58,162 nt of DNA from Octopus sinensis. Lineage: Eukaryota. The stretch lies in contig NW_021833581.1 in the NCBI RefSeq assembly GCF_006345805.1, forward strand, positions 1 through 58,162, in the 5' to 3' direction. The notes beneath the pieces are model-generated. The model made no database searches and was not told the DNA's origin. It was given only the letters and a program-made list of their open reading frames with translations. Shown in pieces: positions 1-13,289 of this stretch. Position 1 is the first letter of the stretch. The number at the start of each line of letters is the position of its first letter. A program made the translations under genes and the position numbers.

Positions 1-5
1 ATATA

Positions 6-49
<44 letters not shown>

Positions 50-598
50 TCATGCATCATATATATGTATGCATGCATCTATATATATGTATGCATGCAT
101 CTATATATATGTATGCATGCATCTATATAGATGTTTGCATACATATGTATGTATACATATATGTATACATATCTATATATGCACACATACATGCACACAC
201 ACAAACACATATAGTGGAGAAAAATGGTAGTTCTCCTGTTGACAGGTCCTCATAGACAGGTGAGATTGCTGTTATTAAAAATGTTCCTCTTGAATCAAAC
301 CCTACAGGTAAGACATGGGGAGGTAAGGATTTGCAGGGTCTGATAGTCTAGAGGAGAAGGATGGGGTGTAGTAATTAGTGAGGTGCTGGGACAATAGACT
401 CAACAAGGGTGACTAGAAAAAGAGGGTCAAGTGGATGAGAAATACCTGTGCTGAGACAGCTTGAGTCCAGGTTAGAAATGGAGACTTTTACACCTGTGTG
501 CCAAAGACTAGAGCATGTCTGTGAGTGATTTAACACTTGTGTCTTGGGTGGTTCTTATTAACTCTTTAAGTATGAAACTAAATTTCTTAGTATCCAGT

Positions 599-950
599 AA
601 TGATGATAATAATAATAATAAAATAATAATAATAATAATAATAATTGTGTACAGTGCTCAGGTGCACTACAACTCATCTAAAGTGTATATATAATCAGGT
701 GTAGTTTCGGCGGATTTCGGAAAGCATGAGGGCCTTAAAGGATGCAGTGTCATGGCAGTCAACAACTGATGCAGGCAGTTTATTCCATGCTTCAGCAACT
801 CTGAGCATGAAAAACTGTTTCCGAAAGTCATGGGAGCTGTGTTGTTTTCTGACTTTGTAGGCATGTCCACGTGTGTTAGACACGTGGAGATCAAAAAGGC
901 GTTCAGTGTTGTTGTTGGTGAGGTGGTTGATAACTTTGTGGGTGTTTACC
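599..950 (-). mobile_element. 3' fragment of a CR1/L2-type LINE with (ATT)n tail
   Basis: Near-identical reverse complement of 6590-6925, including the tail. Confidence 0.85.
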
Positions 951-1199
951 AATAGATATGTGAAATATCTACCCCAAAAATAGAGAATTGGTATTTTGTG
1001 CTAGTCACGTTGCCTCAGTAAATTTCACATATCTCAGCAGAAAATAGTTTTGAACATGACATTCCTCAACAGGACAAAAATCTAGATAAACTAGGACTTT
1101 GTTGGTCAGGATGACGAGCGTTTCAGGTGATCCGATGAATGAAACAACCTGCTTGTGAAATACTTGATTAGCATGCCATACACACGCATACCCTTAAGT

Positions 1200-1875
1200 C
1201 TTAAGCCTTTCATTGCTGTATTTATTTTGACAAAAAATTCAGCAAAACAACTTAGTTATCATTCAGCTAGTGTTAAGGACATAAATTGTGACTAAGGTTT
1301 GGTGGAAGATTTTAATTTAAAACTTATGAAAACAAGACATTTGTACTCAGAGCCAGAGGCAGTTTCAGCCAGGTTGGCATTGAAAGGGTTAAAAATTGTT
1401 TCTCTATTATACATTCTAACCCTTTTGTGACCATATTTTTGTTGAGATGCTCTGTGCTTCTTCAATTACTTTAAATATAACAAAGAAATTAGTAAAATAA
1501 CTTAGTTATCATTAAGCTAGAACTTAAATTGTGACTAAGGTTTGGTGGAGGATTTTAATTAAAAACTTATGAAAACAAGACCTTTGTACTGCAGAGCCAG
1601 AGTTGGTATCGAAAGGGTTAAGAATTGTTTCTCTATTATATATTTTAACTCATTTGTGACCATATTTCTGTTGAGATGCTCTGTGTTTCTTTCAATTAAT
1701 TTTTAAAATATAGCAAAGAATTTAGTAAAATAACTTAGTTATCATTAAGCAAGTGTTAGGAAGATAAATTGTGACTAAGGTTTGGTGGAAGATATTAATT
1801 CAAAACTTATTGAAAACAAGACATTTGTACTACAGAGCCAGAGGTGGTTTCAGTCGGGTTGGTAACGAAAGGGTA
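1200..1875. mobile_element. Three tandem ~200-230 bp MITE-like units with piggyBac-like ends
   Basis: Units end in AAAGGGTTAA (1383, 1612) and begin TAACCCTTT or TTAACTCATTT (1417, 1645). CCC...GGG termini with TTAA are the piggyBac hallmark. The first unit is partial. Confidence 0.6.
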
Positions 1876-2168
1876 AATGCAGTTCTCAAACACACAATGT
1901 GACGAAGCTGGGCGCTTTTGAATTACAAGTTACAATTCACTTTTGCCAGCTGAGTGGACAGGAGCAATATGAAATAAAGGGTCTTGCTCAAGAGTAGCAA
2001 ATGCCATTGAGAATTGAACTTATAACAGTATGATCACCAGCTAAGTACCCTTACCACTAAGCCACATGGGCTTTATAGATTGTGATACAAACCTGTTTTC
2101 TACAGTCAAGGGTAATGAAATTTTAAATGGATCTACCTGATTTCTGCAACAAAAGGATTAAGATGTGT

Positions 2169-2210
<42 letters not shown>

Positions 2211-2426
2211 AGCGTTTCCTTGTCTTGACATAGTTTGATAGTTGTAAACGAGATTCCCTGTCATGCAAGCATGTCCTTCATTTTCAAACTCCCATGTAAA
2301 CATATTGACCATTGGGAAATATTACCTTATTTGGAAACAGGCGAGGTTGGTGACAGTAAAGGTATCCAGCTATGGGAAATCTGCTTCGAAAAACTGATGT
2401 TAGCATGGGAAAGTGGATGTTAAAAC

Positions 2427-2460
<34 letters not shown>

Positions 2461-3097
2461 GCGATGACGACACTATTCAAAGATCAGATAACTCAGTGGT
2501 TCTCACCTATTGTTGTTTTCCTTACCTCTGGACCTGTTTGAATCTTATTTTGCTTGGATAGTCTCCCCTAGCCATTTGGTGTTGAAAACATCCTGCTGCA
2601 CATTTATAATTAAACATTATTAGAAATTATACAAAAATAATTGTTAAAATATTTTGTGTATTGTAAAAGTATAACCTTTTTATTGCACACAAAGTTTATT
2701 GGCAAAATCTTATAGTGACACTTAAGGGCCAAATGGACGGACTCTGGTTAAGGACCACTGAAATAAGTCTTAGTGTACCCATGCTGATGGACAGTATGAC
2801 AGGAGCTGTCCAAGTCAGGAGCCATAGTAGGTTCCAGAGTCTGATTTCTACCGTTGGATTCCATGCCTAATGCCAACCATTCTACAGAGTGGATTGGGTG
2901 ATTTTTATACGGCACCAGCACCACTACATTTTACATGGCACTATATATTTATGTGTATATATATATATAATATATATATACATAATTGGAGCCTGGTGCA
3001 GCCTTCTGGCTTGCCAGTCCTCAGTCAAACCATCAAACCCATGCTACCATGCAAAGTGGACATTAAACAATGATGATGATGATGATATATATATATA

Positions 3098-3131
<34 letters not shown>

Positions 3132-3770
3132 CGTGTTTGTATATATATATATATGTATGTATATATGTATGTATGAACATATATATATATAGAGATAGAT
3201 AGATAGATAGACAGAAATATACACACACACACACACACACGCATATATATATATATACATATATACACACACATATATCTATAATATTCAGTTTCCATCT
3301 ACTGAGTCTGCTCACACTGATTTGATTGGGCCATAGCTATAATAATATAAGACACTTCCTCAGGGCATCATGCTGTGGGACTGAACCTGGAGCTATGTGA
3401 TTGAAAAGTAAACTCCTTACCACACAGCCGCCAGACAATTGTCTACAATTATGAGGAACTGAAGTATCTTCTGGCATTGGAGAGAAGTGCTGGTCATTGA
3501 GATCCATCCCATGTTGAAAAGCCACTTTTGTAGAGACAGATCCACGGTGACAGCAAAACTCCACAGCTGAAACAATTACAATGGATCTGTTTGAGTGTTG
3601 TTCATTGTTTTGGAGGGAAGGGTTTTGTGTGATGATGTTTTCTTGAATATGAGTGATAAGAGTGGTGTTTGTGTTTGGTTGCTTTTGGAAGAAACAACAT
3701 TAGCATTTCCCCAATGAAGAATGCTTTTGGTGGGGTATATATGTGTGTGTGTATGTATGTATGTATGTAT

Positions 3771-4162
3771 GTCGCTTCTATTTTTCATTATTATAAATCT
3801 TCCTCTGCGGAGGGAGCCGGTTTCCAATAAAGATACAAGGCTCCATCTTTGGGATGTAGTTAACTCACACAAATTCACATTTGGAACGTGAGAAAAGTCT
3901 TGCATATTTTTACTGTTCCACTCACAGACTGCACTTGTAATGTACAAATTAGCTGGTCGATTTCTTTTTCTGAAAATCCCAGTTTATTCAGATCCTCATT
4001 TAAGCATTTATTAACAGAACCTAGTGCTCCAATTATTTTTAGTATGAATATGAATTCATAGTCTGGATATAGAAACTGGAGATTTCAAAGCAGCTGTTCA
4101 TAAATATCCTGTTTTTCTTTGATTTTCAAAGAGTTATTTATATCTGCAAGGCAGCCAACCTC
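3771..4162 (-). mobile_element. 3' end of an RLE-type (R2/R4/NeSL/CRE-like) non-LTR retrotransposon, decayed
   Basis: Minus strand reads EVGCLADINNSLKIKEKQDIYEQLL*NLQFLYPDYEFIFILKIIGALGSVNKCL...LQVQSVSGTVKICKTFL. This fits the restriction-like endonuclease C-terminal pattern (ExxCPxD...EK..Y...IGALG). Confidence 0.7.
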
Positions 4163-4184
4163 TATCTATCTATCTATCTATCTA

Positions 4185-4231
<47 letters not shown>

Positions 4232-4640
4232 GCCTGTCATGTATGTATGTATGTATGTATGTATGCATGTCTATGTCATTAAAGCATCTACTTCCTAAAT
4301 GAGTGCTTTCAGTTTCAATCTCACTTCAGAGCACCTGTGACAAGTGTTTTCCATTTTAGCCACAAGCTTATCAAAGCCACATGTGAATGCACGTTTGCAT
4401 ATATACATATGTACGTTTGTACATATTGATGTATTGTTCATGTTGATGTGTGTGTTTACATTTGCTTATACAAAAGCTGTAGGCTATGAGAAGCATCATT
4501 CACTTTCTTCTCACCTTCAAAGTTTCTAAGTTCTACATATATATTCTTTTATTCTTTCACTTGTGGCCATGCTGGAGTACCACCTTTACTTGAACCAGAA
4601 CTTGTTCTCTGTAAGCCTAGTACTTATTCTTACGTTTAGC

Positions 4641-5041
4641 CCCACATGGGGCTAAACACTGAGGGGACAAACAAGGACAGACAAAGGGATTAAGTCGATT
4701 ACATCGACCCCAGTGTGTAATGGTACTTAATTTATCGACCACGAAAGGATGAAAGGCAAAGTTGACCTTGGGGGAATATGAACTCAGAACATAGCGGCAG
4801 ACAAAATACCTATTTCTTTACTACCCACAAGGGGCTAAACACAGAGAGGACAAACATGGACAGACAAAGGGATTATGTCGATTATATCAACCCCAGTGCA
4901 TAACTGGTAATTATTTAATTGACCCCGAAAGGATGAAAGGCAAAGTCGACCTTGGCAAAATTTGAACTCAGAATGTAGCAGCAGACGAAATACTGCTAAG
5001 CATTTCGCCCGACGTTCTAACGATTCTTCCAGCTCGCCACC
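4641..5041 (-). mobile_element. tRNA-derived SINE family A, dimeric, CpG-decayed
   Basis: Homologous to 14405-14803 and 41281-41515, with A-box/B-box-like head on the minus strand. Confidence 0.85.
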
Positions 5042-5455
5042 TTGTTACCACACAGCTACTCCTGCGCCTGTATATATATATATATAAATAAGAAAAAGAG
5101 ATGACATTGGAAAAACAATGGTTATGTCAATAACTTCACTGGCTTGCAGCTGTTTCTGCTATAAGTTGCAGTGTTCTCTTACTTGAGTGCCTGAATAACA
5201 TCTTGGAACTTCAAATATGCAGTGCAATTTATTTGGTGGAAATGAATTACAATTTTGCAGTATACTTACTTAAAAAGAAGTAAAGACTTGTGACAGGAAG
5301 GGTGTCTAATTGTAGGACAATACTTCATTATACATCTCACCCATACTCACATCACACACGCACACACACACACACACACACATGCCCAAACTTATTCTCT
5401 GTAAGACTAGTAACACTAACACACACATGTACATATGTATAAATTATATGTATAC

Positions 5456-5529
<74 letters not shown>

Positions 5530-5678
5530 TACATATATATATATAATAATATATATATATACACATGTATATATGTGTGTGTGGTGTATTTTTATATGTG
5601 TGTATATGTAAAAACATGTATTTGCATGTATGAATATATGAACACGTGTATGTGTGTATATATCATCATCATCATCAT

Positions 5679-6925
5679 AATGGATTTGTCCCTAACTCCA
5701 GCTGCAGTGACCAGCTTGTCGAGTTCCTTGAGGACATTACTCAGATTACTGACAGTGGCTCATGGGTGGATGTTGTCTACCTTGACTTTGCTAAGGCTTT
5801 CAACTCTGTGCCACACAAAAGGCTTATGGTGAAACTCTCTGCAATGGGTGTGGGGGATGACCTTTTTAACTGGTTGAAATCCTTCATCCTCAGCCGAAAG
5901 GAGGTAGTCACAGTTCTAGGACAGCACTCTACACCATATGAGATGTCATCGGGTGTACCACAGGGATCTGTCCTTGGTCCCCTCTTGTTTGTGGCATACA
6001 TTAACGACATAGATGCCAATTTAAGAATGCCACAGTATTGAAAATGCAGACGACATCAAGCTGTACCTTGAAATCAGAGGAAGATCCTGATGTCTACAAC
6101 TCTTTCCTGCAATCAGACCTAGACACAATGCGCAATGGATCACAGACTGGCAACTGAAACTGGCTGTGGACAAGTGTACCACCATGCATTTTGGGAGAAA
6201 AAACCTGCGTTCACATACTCCCTCCACAACACTGATATCAAGAAATCCTCTTGCAAGCGTGACCTAGGCATCACTGTCAGCAGTGATTTGCGTTGGTCAA
6301 AGCATATCTCTAAGATTGTCAGGAAGGCCGATGGTGTCTTGGCATCACTCAGCAGGTCTTTTGTTAGCCGCTCTCCAGCCATCTATTTAAAACTGTATAC
6401 AGCTATGGTACGACCACACTTGGAATTCGCATCATCAGTTTGGAACCCCTATCTTGCACAAACATTGACCTCCTGGAATCTGTCCAGAGACGTGCAACCA
6501 AACGCATACCCTCCATCAGACACCTACCATATTCTGAGCGCCTTGTTTCCCTGGGCATGGATTCACTGAAGCTCCGGCGTTTGGCGACGGACTTGGTAAA
6601 CACCCACAAAGTTATCAACCACCTCACCAACAACAACACTGAACACCTTTTTGATCTCCATGTGTCTAACACACGTGGACATGCCTACAAGTCAGAAAAC
6701 AATACAGCTCCCATGACTTTCGGAAACATTTTTTCACGCTCAGAGTTGCTGAAGCATGGAATAAACTGCCTGCGTCAGTTGTTGACTGCCATGACACTGC
6801 ATCTTTTAAGGCCCTCATGCTTTCCGAAATCCGCCGAAACTACACCTGATTATATATACACTTTAGATGAGTTGTAGTGCACCTGAGCACTGTACACAAT
6901 TATTATTATTATTATTTATTATTAT
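5679..6925 (+). mobile_element. 5'-truncated CR1/L2-clade LINE: frameshifted reverse transcriptase, 3' UTR and (ATT)n tail
   Basis: YLDFAKAFNSVPH and SGVPQGSVLGPLLF motifs. YADD is broken by a 1-nt deletion (AAAATGCAGACGAC, ~6041). Downstream RDLG, RPHLE and LESVQRRATK appear in shifted frames. Confidence 0.93.
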
Positions 6926-7559
6926 AATTTAACATCCGTGACTGAAACAAATAAAAGAATATATATATATGTATGTGTGTGTATGTGCATATATATATGT
7001 TTATATATATGTGTGTATATATATGCATATATATGCATATGTATGTGTGTATATACGTGTGTGTAGGAGTAAGTTTTTTTTCCCTTTTTCCATCAGCACA
7101 TGTGTTTGCTCATTATAAAACAATGCCTTCCCTGTTCTTGTGGGCAGTGTCATTTAATTGTTGTCCACTTTGTGAAGTATTCTTCGGTTTCATGGCATGT
7201 ATGATCTTTCTAATTAAAACACCCATTCCGAATTATTTCCTTTCCACCTCCCTGCATGAGCATGACTGGACTGCACTGGACAGTTTAGTTGTTCGATAGA
7301 CTGGAAAATTATTGTCTCGCTTGGAAACATGTGTGGATTGGTGTCAGGAAGAATATCCAGCTGTAGAGCATTGTCCCCTAAAGTACTCTAATCAGAAACA
7401 GGCCAGCATGTAAAGTAGACATTTAAACAATGATAATGACAGCCACATTTAAAATCATATGTGTGTGCGCATATATATATAAATATATATATATAATATA
7501 TATATAATATGTGTGTGTGTGTATATATATATTATATATATATATATATATATATGTCT

Positions 7560-8115
7560 TTACTCTTTTACTTGCTTCAGTCATTTGACTGTGGCTATAC
7601 TGGAGCACGACCTTTAGTCAAGCAAATCGATCCCAGGACTTATTCTTTGGATGCCTAGTACTTATCCTATCGGTCTCTTTTGCTAAACTTATAAGTTACA
7701 GGGATGTAAACACACCACCATCGGTTGTCAGGCGATGTTGGTGGGACAAACACAGACACAAAAACATATAGCCACACACGTAAAAAGCACCCACTACACT
7801 CACGGAGTGGTTGGCGTTAGGAAGGGCATCCAGCCGTAGAAACACTGCCAGATCTGACTGGGCCTGATGAAGCCTTCCAGCTTCACAGACCCCAGTTGAA
7901 CCGTCCAACCCATGCTAGCATGGAGAACGGACGCTAAATGATGATGATGATGATGATGATATATATATATACGACGGGTTTCTTTCAGTTTCTGTCTACC
8001 AAATCCACTCACAAGGCTTTGGTTGGCCCGAGGCTATAGTAGAAGGTGCCACGCAGTGGGACTGAACCTGGAAAACCATGTGGTTGATAAGCAAGCAACT
8101 TACCACACAGCCAAA
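7560..8115 (-). mobile_element. tRNA-derived SINE family B with internal microsatellite and a nested (GAT)n-tailed fragment (7785-7960, +)
   Basis: Homologous to 9428-9835, 21735-22075 and 23905-24340. Confidence 0.8.
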
Positions 8116-8220
8116 CATGCATACACACATACATATATGCATGTGTACATATGTACAATATGTAAACAATAGACTCCTTCAAACACTAGGAGGATCATTA
8201 AAAGTAGTAGATAGCTTCTG

Positions 8221-9020
8221 TTACTAGGCAACCAAGTTAGCAGTGGGGGAGGAAGTTCTCAAAGTGTAGTTGCTAGAATGGGCTGAGCAAAGTTCAGAGA
8301 GCTTCGGCATTTGTTTAGATAACGAAGAATCTGTACCTTAGAATGAAAGGCAGATTGTGGAAAGTTATGTTGCATAACTGTGAAGCATAGGCTTTTGGTA
8401 TAAGAGACTTGTGAAGGCTTGCAAGAAATGAAGCTAACATGCACCACTGGATGGGTAATATCAGTTTGCATTTAAGACAGAGCATATAGGATTTAAGAAG
8501 AAAACTGTGTATAAGAGGCAAGAGAGAGGAGACTTCACTGGTTTGGTCATGTGATGCGTATGGATGAGGACAGCTGCATAAAGATGTGCCCAGCTCTAAT
8601 TGTGCAAGGAACCTGTGGAAGAGGTAAACCCAGAAACATGTGGGATGAATGGGTGAGAAAGGATCTTTGGATGCTGGGCTTCACTGTGGAAATGATAAGG
8701 GACTGGGAGTTGTGGTGATTTGCTTTACTTGAGATGTGCCCAGCTAAATAAAATTGCTGTCATCCATCCATACATACAGGCTTGTCCTTTACAAGTGCAA
8801 GAGCCGCATAAAATGCACTTGTGCCGGTGCTAGATGAATGTGGTATGTAAAAAGTACCCAGCACACTCCCTAAAGTGGTTGGTATCAGAAAGGGCATCCA
8901 GCTGTAGAAACCACGCTACAATACACATTTGCTGGCTGGCCAGCTCCATGTCAAACTGTCTAACCCATACCAGCATGGAAAATAAGCATTACATGAGGAT
9001 GTTGGTGATGATAATGATGA
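8221..9020 (+). mobile_element. Decayed RTE-clade LINE 3' portion with 3' UTR and (GAT)n-like tail
   Basis: LGNQVSSGGGSSQSVVAR...AKFREL and RRLHWFGHVMRMDEDSCIK...GTCGRGKPRNMWDE match the RTE ORF C-terminus. Confidence 0.8.
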
Positions 9021-9047
9021 TGTACTGCATGTATTACAGACAAATAT

Positions 9048-9083
<36 letters not shown>

Positions 9084-9150
9084 CTACATACATACATACA
9101 TACATACATATGTATATATATGTATATACATATATATATATATATATATA

Positions 9151-9352
9151 CTCGCAGTTGTCGGGTGGTACCCGCGCGAGCGAAAAGACCACCCGGAAGA
9201 CCTCCACGGTGATGGAGTTACGATTTCAGGAGGACGATTGGGATCACGTAGATGAGAAAGGCGCAATCTAGAGAGGAGTGGACAGCGTGCTGTGACCAGC
9301 GGTGTCAAATGGACGCCTGACGGACTGGTCGATCAAGGTGATCAAGGTGATA
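9151..9352 (+). mobile_element. RTE-type LINE 3' tip with short tandem tail
   Basis: WYPRERK/RPPGRPPR*WSYDF...QSREEW across a frameshift, followed by GATCAAGGTGATCAAGGTGAT. Confidence 0.6.
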
Positions 9353-9354
9353 TA

Positions 9355-9400
<46 letters not shown>

Positions 9401-9427
9401 AGTATGTATGTGTATATAATTATGACA

Positions 9428-9835
9428 GGCACAGGAGTGGCTGTGTGGTAAGTAGCTTGTTTACCAACCACATGGTTCCGGGTTCAGTCTCACTGCGTGG
9501 CACTTTGGGCAAGTATCTTCTACTACAGCCTCGGGCTGACCAAAGCCTTGTGAGTGGATTTGGTAGACGGAAACTGAAAGAAGCCCGTCGTATATATATA
9601 TATATATATGTTTGTGTATGTGTGTGTGTCTGTGTGAGTGTTTGTTCCCCCACCATCACTTCACAACCAATGATGGTGTGTTTACATCCCCGTAACTTAA
9701 TAGTTCCTCAAAAACAGACTGATAGACTAAGTACTAGGCTTACAAGGAATAAGTCCCGGGGTCGATTTGTTTGTCTAAAGAAGCAGTGCTCCAGCAAGGC
9801 CGCAGTCAAATGACTGAAACAAATAAGAGAATAAA
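9428..9835 (+). mobile_element. tRNA-derived SINE family B, full length
   Basis: Head GGAGTGGCTGTGTGGTAAG...GGTTCAGTC, internal (TA)/(TG) tract, and tail ending CAGTCAAATGACTGAAAC. Confidence 0.85.
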
Positions 9836-11280
9836 AAGAATATATATATTTATACATGTATATAGGAGAGTATTGTAGTTTACTTGAAGCATTGTGTATT
9901 GTTTGTGAAATATAACATGTTTTGAATGCCACAACAATATAATAATAACAACTGTTATAATTTAATTATAGTTGTGACAGTATTTGGTACAAAGCCACAG
10001 GAATTTAAGTTTTGGGGCATTTCTTCTTTTGGTCAACATAATGGTGGTTGCATTGTAAATTGCTGCGGTTGTTCTTTGGTGTGTAATTTCTGTGGTTGGC
10101 GTGATGCTGGATATTATTTCAGAATTTGTGTATGTGCTCATGGACTTGGTGGGGTAGATAGTGTATGACTTTTCTAATGACAAATGTATGTATGTATTTC
10201 AGTAATTGTTGAAGGGTAAGGCTGTGGAAGCACGTGGATGAATGTATGTTCCCGATTGTTTGGGGAATTATGTTGTTTTTTAGGCAGCATTTAAGAAAGT
10301 TTATTTGGCATCCGATTTGAGCCCATTTCTCCAATAGCTTGATTATTGAGCAAAAAAATAAAAATAAAAATGACCATCCCAAAATGCAACTATATACATA
10401 TCTATCATCATCATCATTATCATCATCATCATTATCATCATCATCATTGTTTAACGTCCGCTTTCCATGCTGGCATGGGTTGGACAGTTCAACTGAGGTC
10501 TGGAGAGCCAACAGCTGCACCAGGCTCCAATCTGATCCGGCAATGTTTCTACAGCTGGATGCCCTTCCTAATGCCAACCATTCTGAAAGTGTAGTGGGTG
10601 CTTTTTACATGCCACCGGCACAGGAGCCTGCCAAGCAGCCCTGGCATCAATCATGTTCAGATAGTGCTTTTTACATGCTACCCCCATGGGAGCCAGTCGG
10701 GGGGTGGGGGGAGTACTGGCATCGGTCACGTTTGGATGATGCTTTCACATGCCATGTTTATGTTTATTGGTAATTAAACTTAATTTGCAACACCTGTGTG
10801 TATTTATCAGCTTTGTTTTTGTTGATAATTCTTATCAACAGCTTTTTCCTGTGATCATGATTTGAGAAGGCATGCAGCAGTATGCTAAAGATCGGACATA
10901 ATCCCTGGTGGGCAAGAAATGTGAAATAAAGTTTATTATAAACAACTTAAACACTTTGTAATTTAATAGCTATTAATGTGATACCTTTTAAAAAGAAATT
11001 ATTTTTAATGAAAATTTAATAAGATCTAATCATAAGTGAAATTATGCTAAATATAATTAAATTGAAAACTTTTTCCCCGCTGGCCATATTGGCAATTCTG
11101 AAGACTTTTGGGTACAAATTTTACAGGAGCAGAAGTTTTTTTTTAACAAATTTTATTGTGAAAATCACCTATCGGTTTCCTTTGCTGAATCACTAAGTTA
11201 TGAGGATGTAAACACACCAACATCAGTTATCAGGTAATGGTGGGGTGGTGGAACAAACACACACATACATACACACACAC

Positions 11281-11315
<35 letters not shown>

Positions 11316-11749
11316 TGTATGTATGTATGTATGTATGTATGTATGTACATATCTGTATGTTGTGTATAAAATTCTGTTTATAATATATCATTACCATCAT
11401 GATGATGACTTGTATTCATTCACACACACGTGTGTGTGTATATATGTATATATATATATATATATATACAGAGAGAGAGAGGGGGAAAGGGAAAGAGAGA
11501 GAGACAAAGAAAAAAATGCGCGTGTGTGTGTGTGGAGGTGTGGCTGTGTCGTAAGCAGTTTCCTTCCTAACCACATGGTTTCTGGTTGTCCCACTGTGTG
11601 ACATCCTGACGAAGTGTCTTCTACTTGTGAGTGAATTTGGGAGACGGAAACTGAAAGAAGCCTGTTACATATATATACATGCACGTACGTACTTATGTAT
11701 GTAAGTGTGTGTGTATTTGTGTCTTTCTTTGTGTTTGTGTTTCTCACCA

Positions 11750-12060
11750 CAGAAACACGAAATTCTGTCGAAAGTGTTTTTATTGATCGACGAAATACAA
11801 TAAACGGAAATCACACAATACACCACTTAAAAAGATTATTTTCAGTGTTTCTTAAGAGAAAACATGAATTCTCTCATCAGCAATTTTTGTCAATAAATAT
11901 GTTGTCTTACTTCCTTTCAGTATATAGTATCGTAACACGACCTTCGTCACGTTCGCTCCATTTTGCACCGAAGAAATGCTTTCGTTTTTTCGAGGCCGTA
12001 GAATATGCAGGGGAGCAACCTAAGGGCTGTCTCTGACGGCACACGCTCTAGTTTAAAAAA
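11750..12060 (-). promoter_or_regulatory. Candidate promoter / non-coding first exon of a minus-strand gene
   Basis: Unique, CpG-rich segment at the CpG-decay boundary. Strong minus-strand donor GTAAGA at 11910-11905 and a YY1-like CCATTTT at 11958. No downstream coding exon was confirmed. Confidence 0.35.
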
Positions 12061-12294
12061 AAAAAAATAGGGGCGGAAACCTGGCTCTCCGTCGGTTATG
12101 ACGACGGGGGTTCAACGGGACAGCTTGCTCGTGAAATTAACGTACAAGTGACTGAGCGCTCGACAAAAATATGTATCCTTAACATGATTCTGAGGGCTGT
12201 TCAGTGTAACACGGAATGTGACGAGGCTGGTCCTTTGGAATACAGGTGTAACTCACTTCTACTAGTCGAGATGCAGTTTGATCCAGTGTTACTA

Positions 12295-12900
12295 CTAGCT
12301 GACCCTGTGCCGTCAAAAAATGACGGCTAATTGTAGTATTTTATATATAAATAAGGTATAAAATAAGGTACAGAATCAATTTCTTTATTATCCATAAGGA
12401 TGAACACAGATGGGGTAAGGTACAGAATCACTGATACAAACACTCACATACTTCCCTAGTACGTGCACACACATACACACATATACTCACACAAAGTTGA
12501 TTGCTGTTTGATTATTCTATCCAACATTGAACGGTCACCATCCCATTTCCATTGCGCGCACACACATTCACATACCTCCCTTTTACATACACAGACATAT
12601 ACTTACACAGAGTTGAGACGCTGATTTTTTTCACTCCTTCCTTCGATAGTCATCTATCACCCCTTCCTTTCTCATTACTATGTTTTGACGGAGAAAAATA
12701 GAAGATACACGACGCGCTCTTTGCCACTTCCTTTCTCCCATTGCTATTACTTTCTCTCGTTCTCTCTCAGCCAGAGCTATTACTCTCACTACTTCTCCTT
12801 CACTGAATTACTATTTTCTCTCGCATTTCGCCTGTTATAAAGTTCTCGCTCGCTTCCGTTGTGTAAAGTAGCACTTGGAAGTAAAGTGTGTAGAGTGTGG
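12295..12900 (-). mobile_element. Helitron-like non-autonomous element (5' limit uncertain)
   Basis: CTAG terminus at 12295-12298 with a GCCGTCA/TGACGGC hairpin at 12309-12327. Confidence 0.45.
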
Positions 12901-12949
12901 TCGTCTCTAAAGATTGGGTTTCAGCTGCGCCGGATCTCCTTAATTCTGT

Positions 12950-13289
12950 CGAGGAAGACGAAAATCTTTTGAAAACGTTCATGACAGCTGACGAATTACG
13001 GGTTTATGGCTATGACCCCGAAACCAAGGTTCAGCCTTCTCAGTTGAAAATCCCCAACAAAATTTCAAGATGTTGAGGAAATTGAAGAGAATGCAAAGAG
13101 GCAGCTGCTTGCTATCCCAAAATAAGAAGTTCCATTTCCAGAGATGCTTTCATCAATGGAAACGACACTGGGATAAAGTGTGTAACTTCAGAAGGGGTCT
13201 ACTTCGAAGGACATTAAACGCCAAATTGATGTGTGCTTTAGTCTTCTTTATATAGCCCCAATCCCAGCACTTTCTGATCAGACCTCGTA
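12950..13289 (+). mobile_element. Internally deleted mariner remnant
   Basis: LKTFMTADELRVYGYDPETK (first-D motif, normally TGDETW..YDPETK) joined directly to the C-terminus FQRCFHQWK..W.KC.TSEGVYFEG. TIR-like end TCTGATCAGACCTCGTA. Confidence 0.8.

Noticed and set aside
5646-6877. Three 130-145 aa ORFs that look like genes
   Set aside because: Frameshifted pieces of one LINE reverse transcriptase.
11845-11885. Minus-strand CTGATGA-GAGAA...TTCTC-TTAA-GAAAC
   Set aside because: Four extra bases before GAAA, and no stem I or III.
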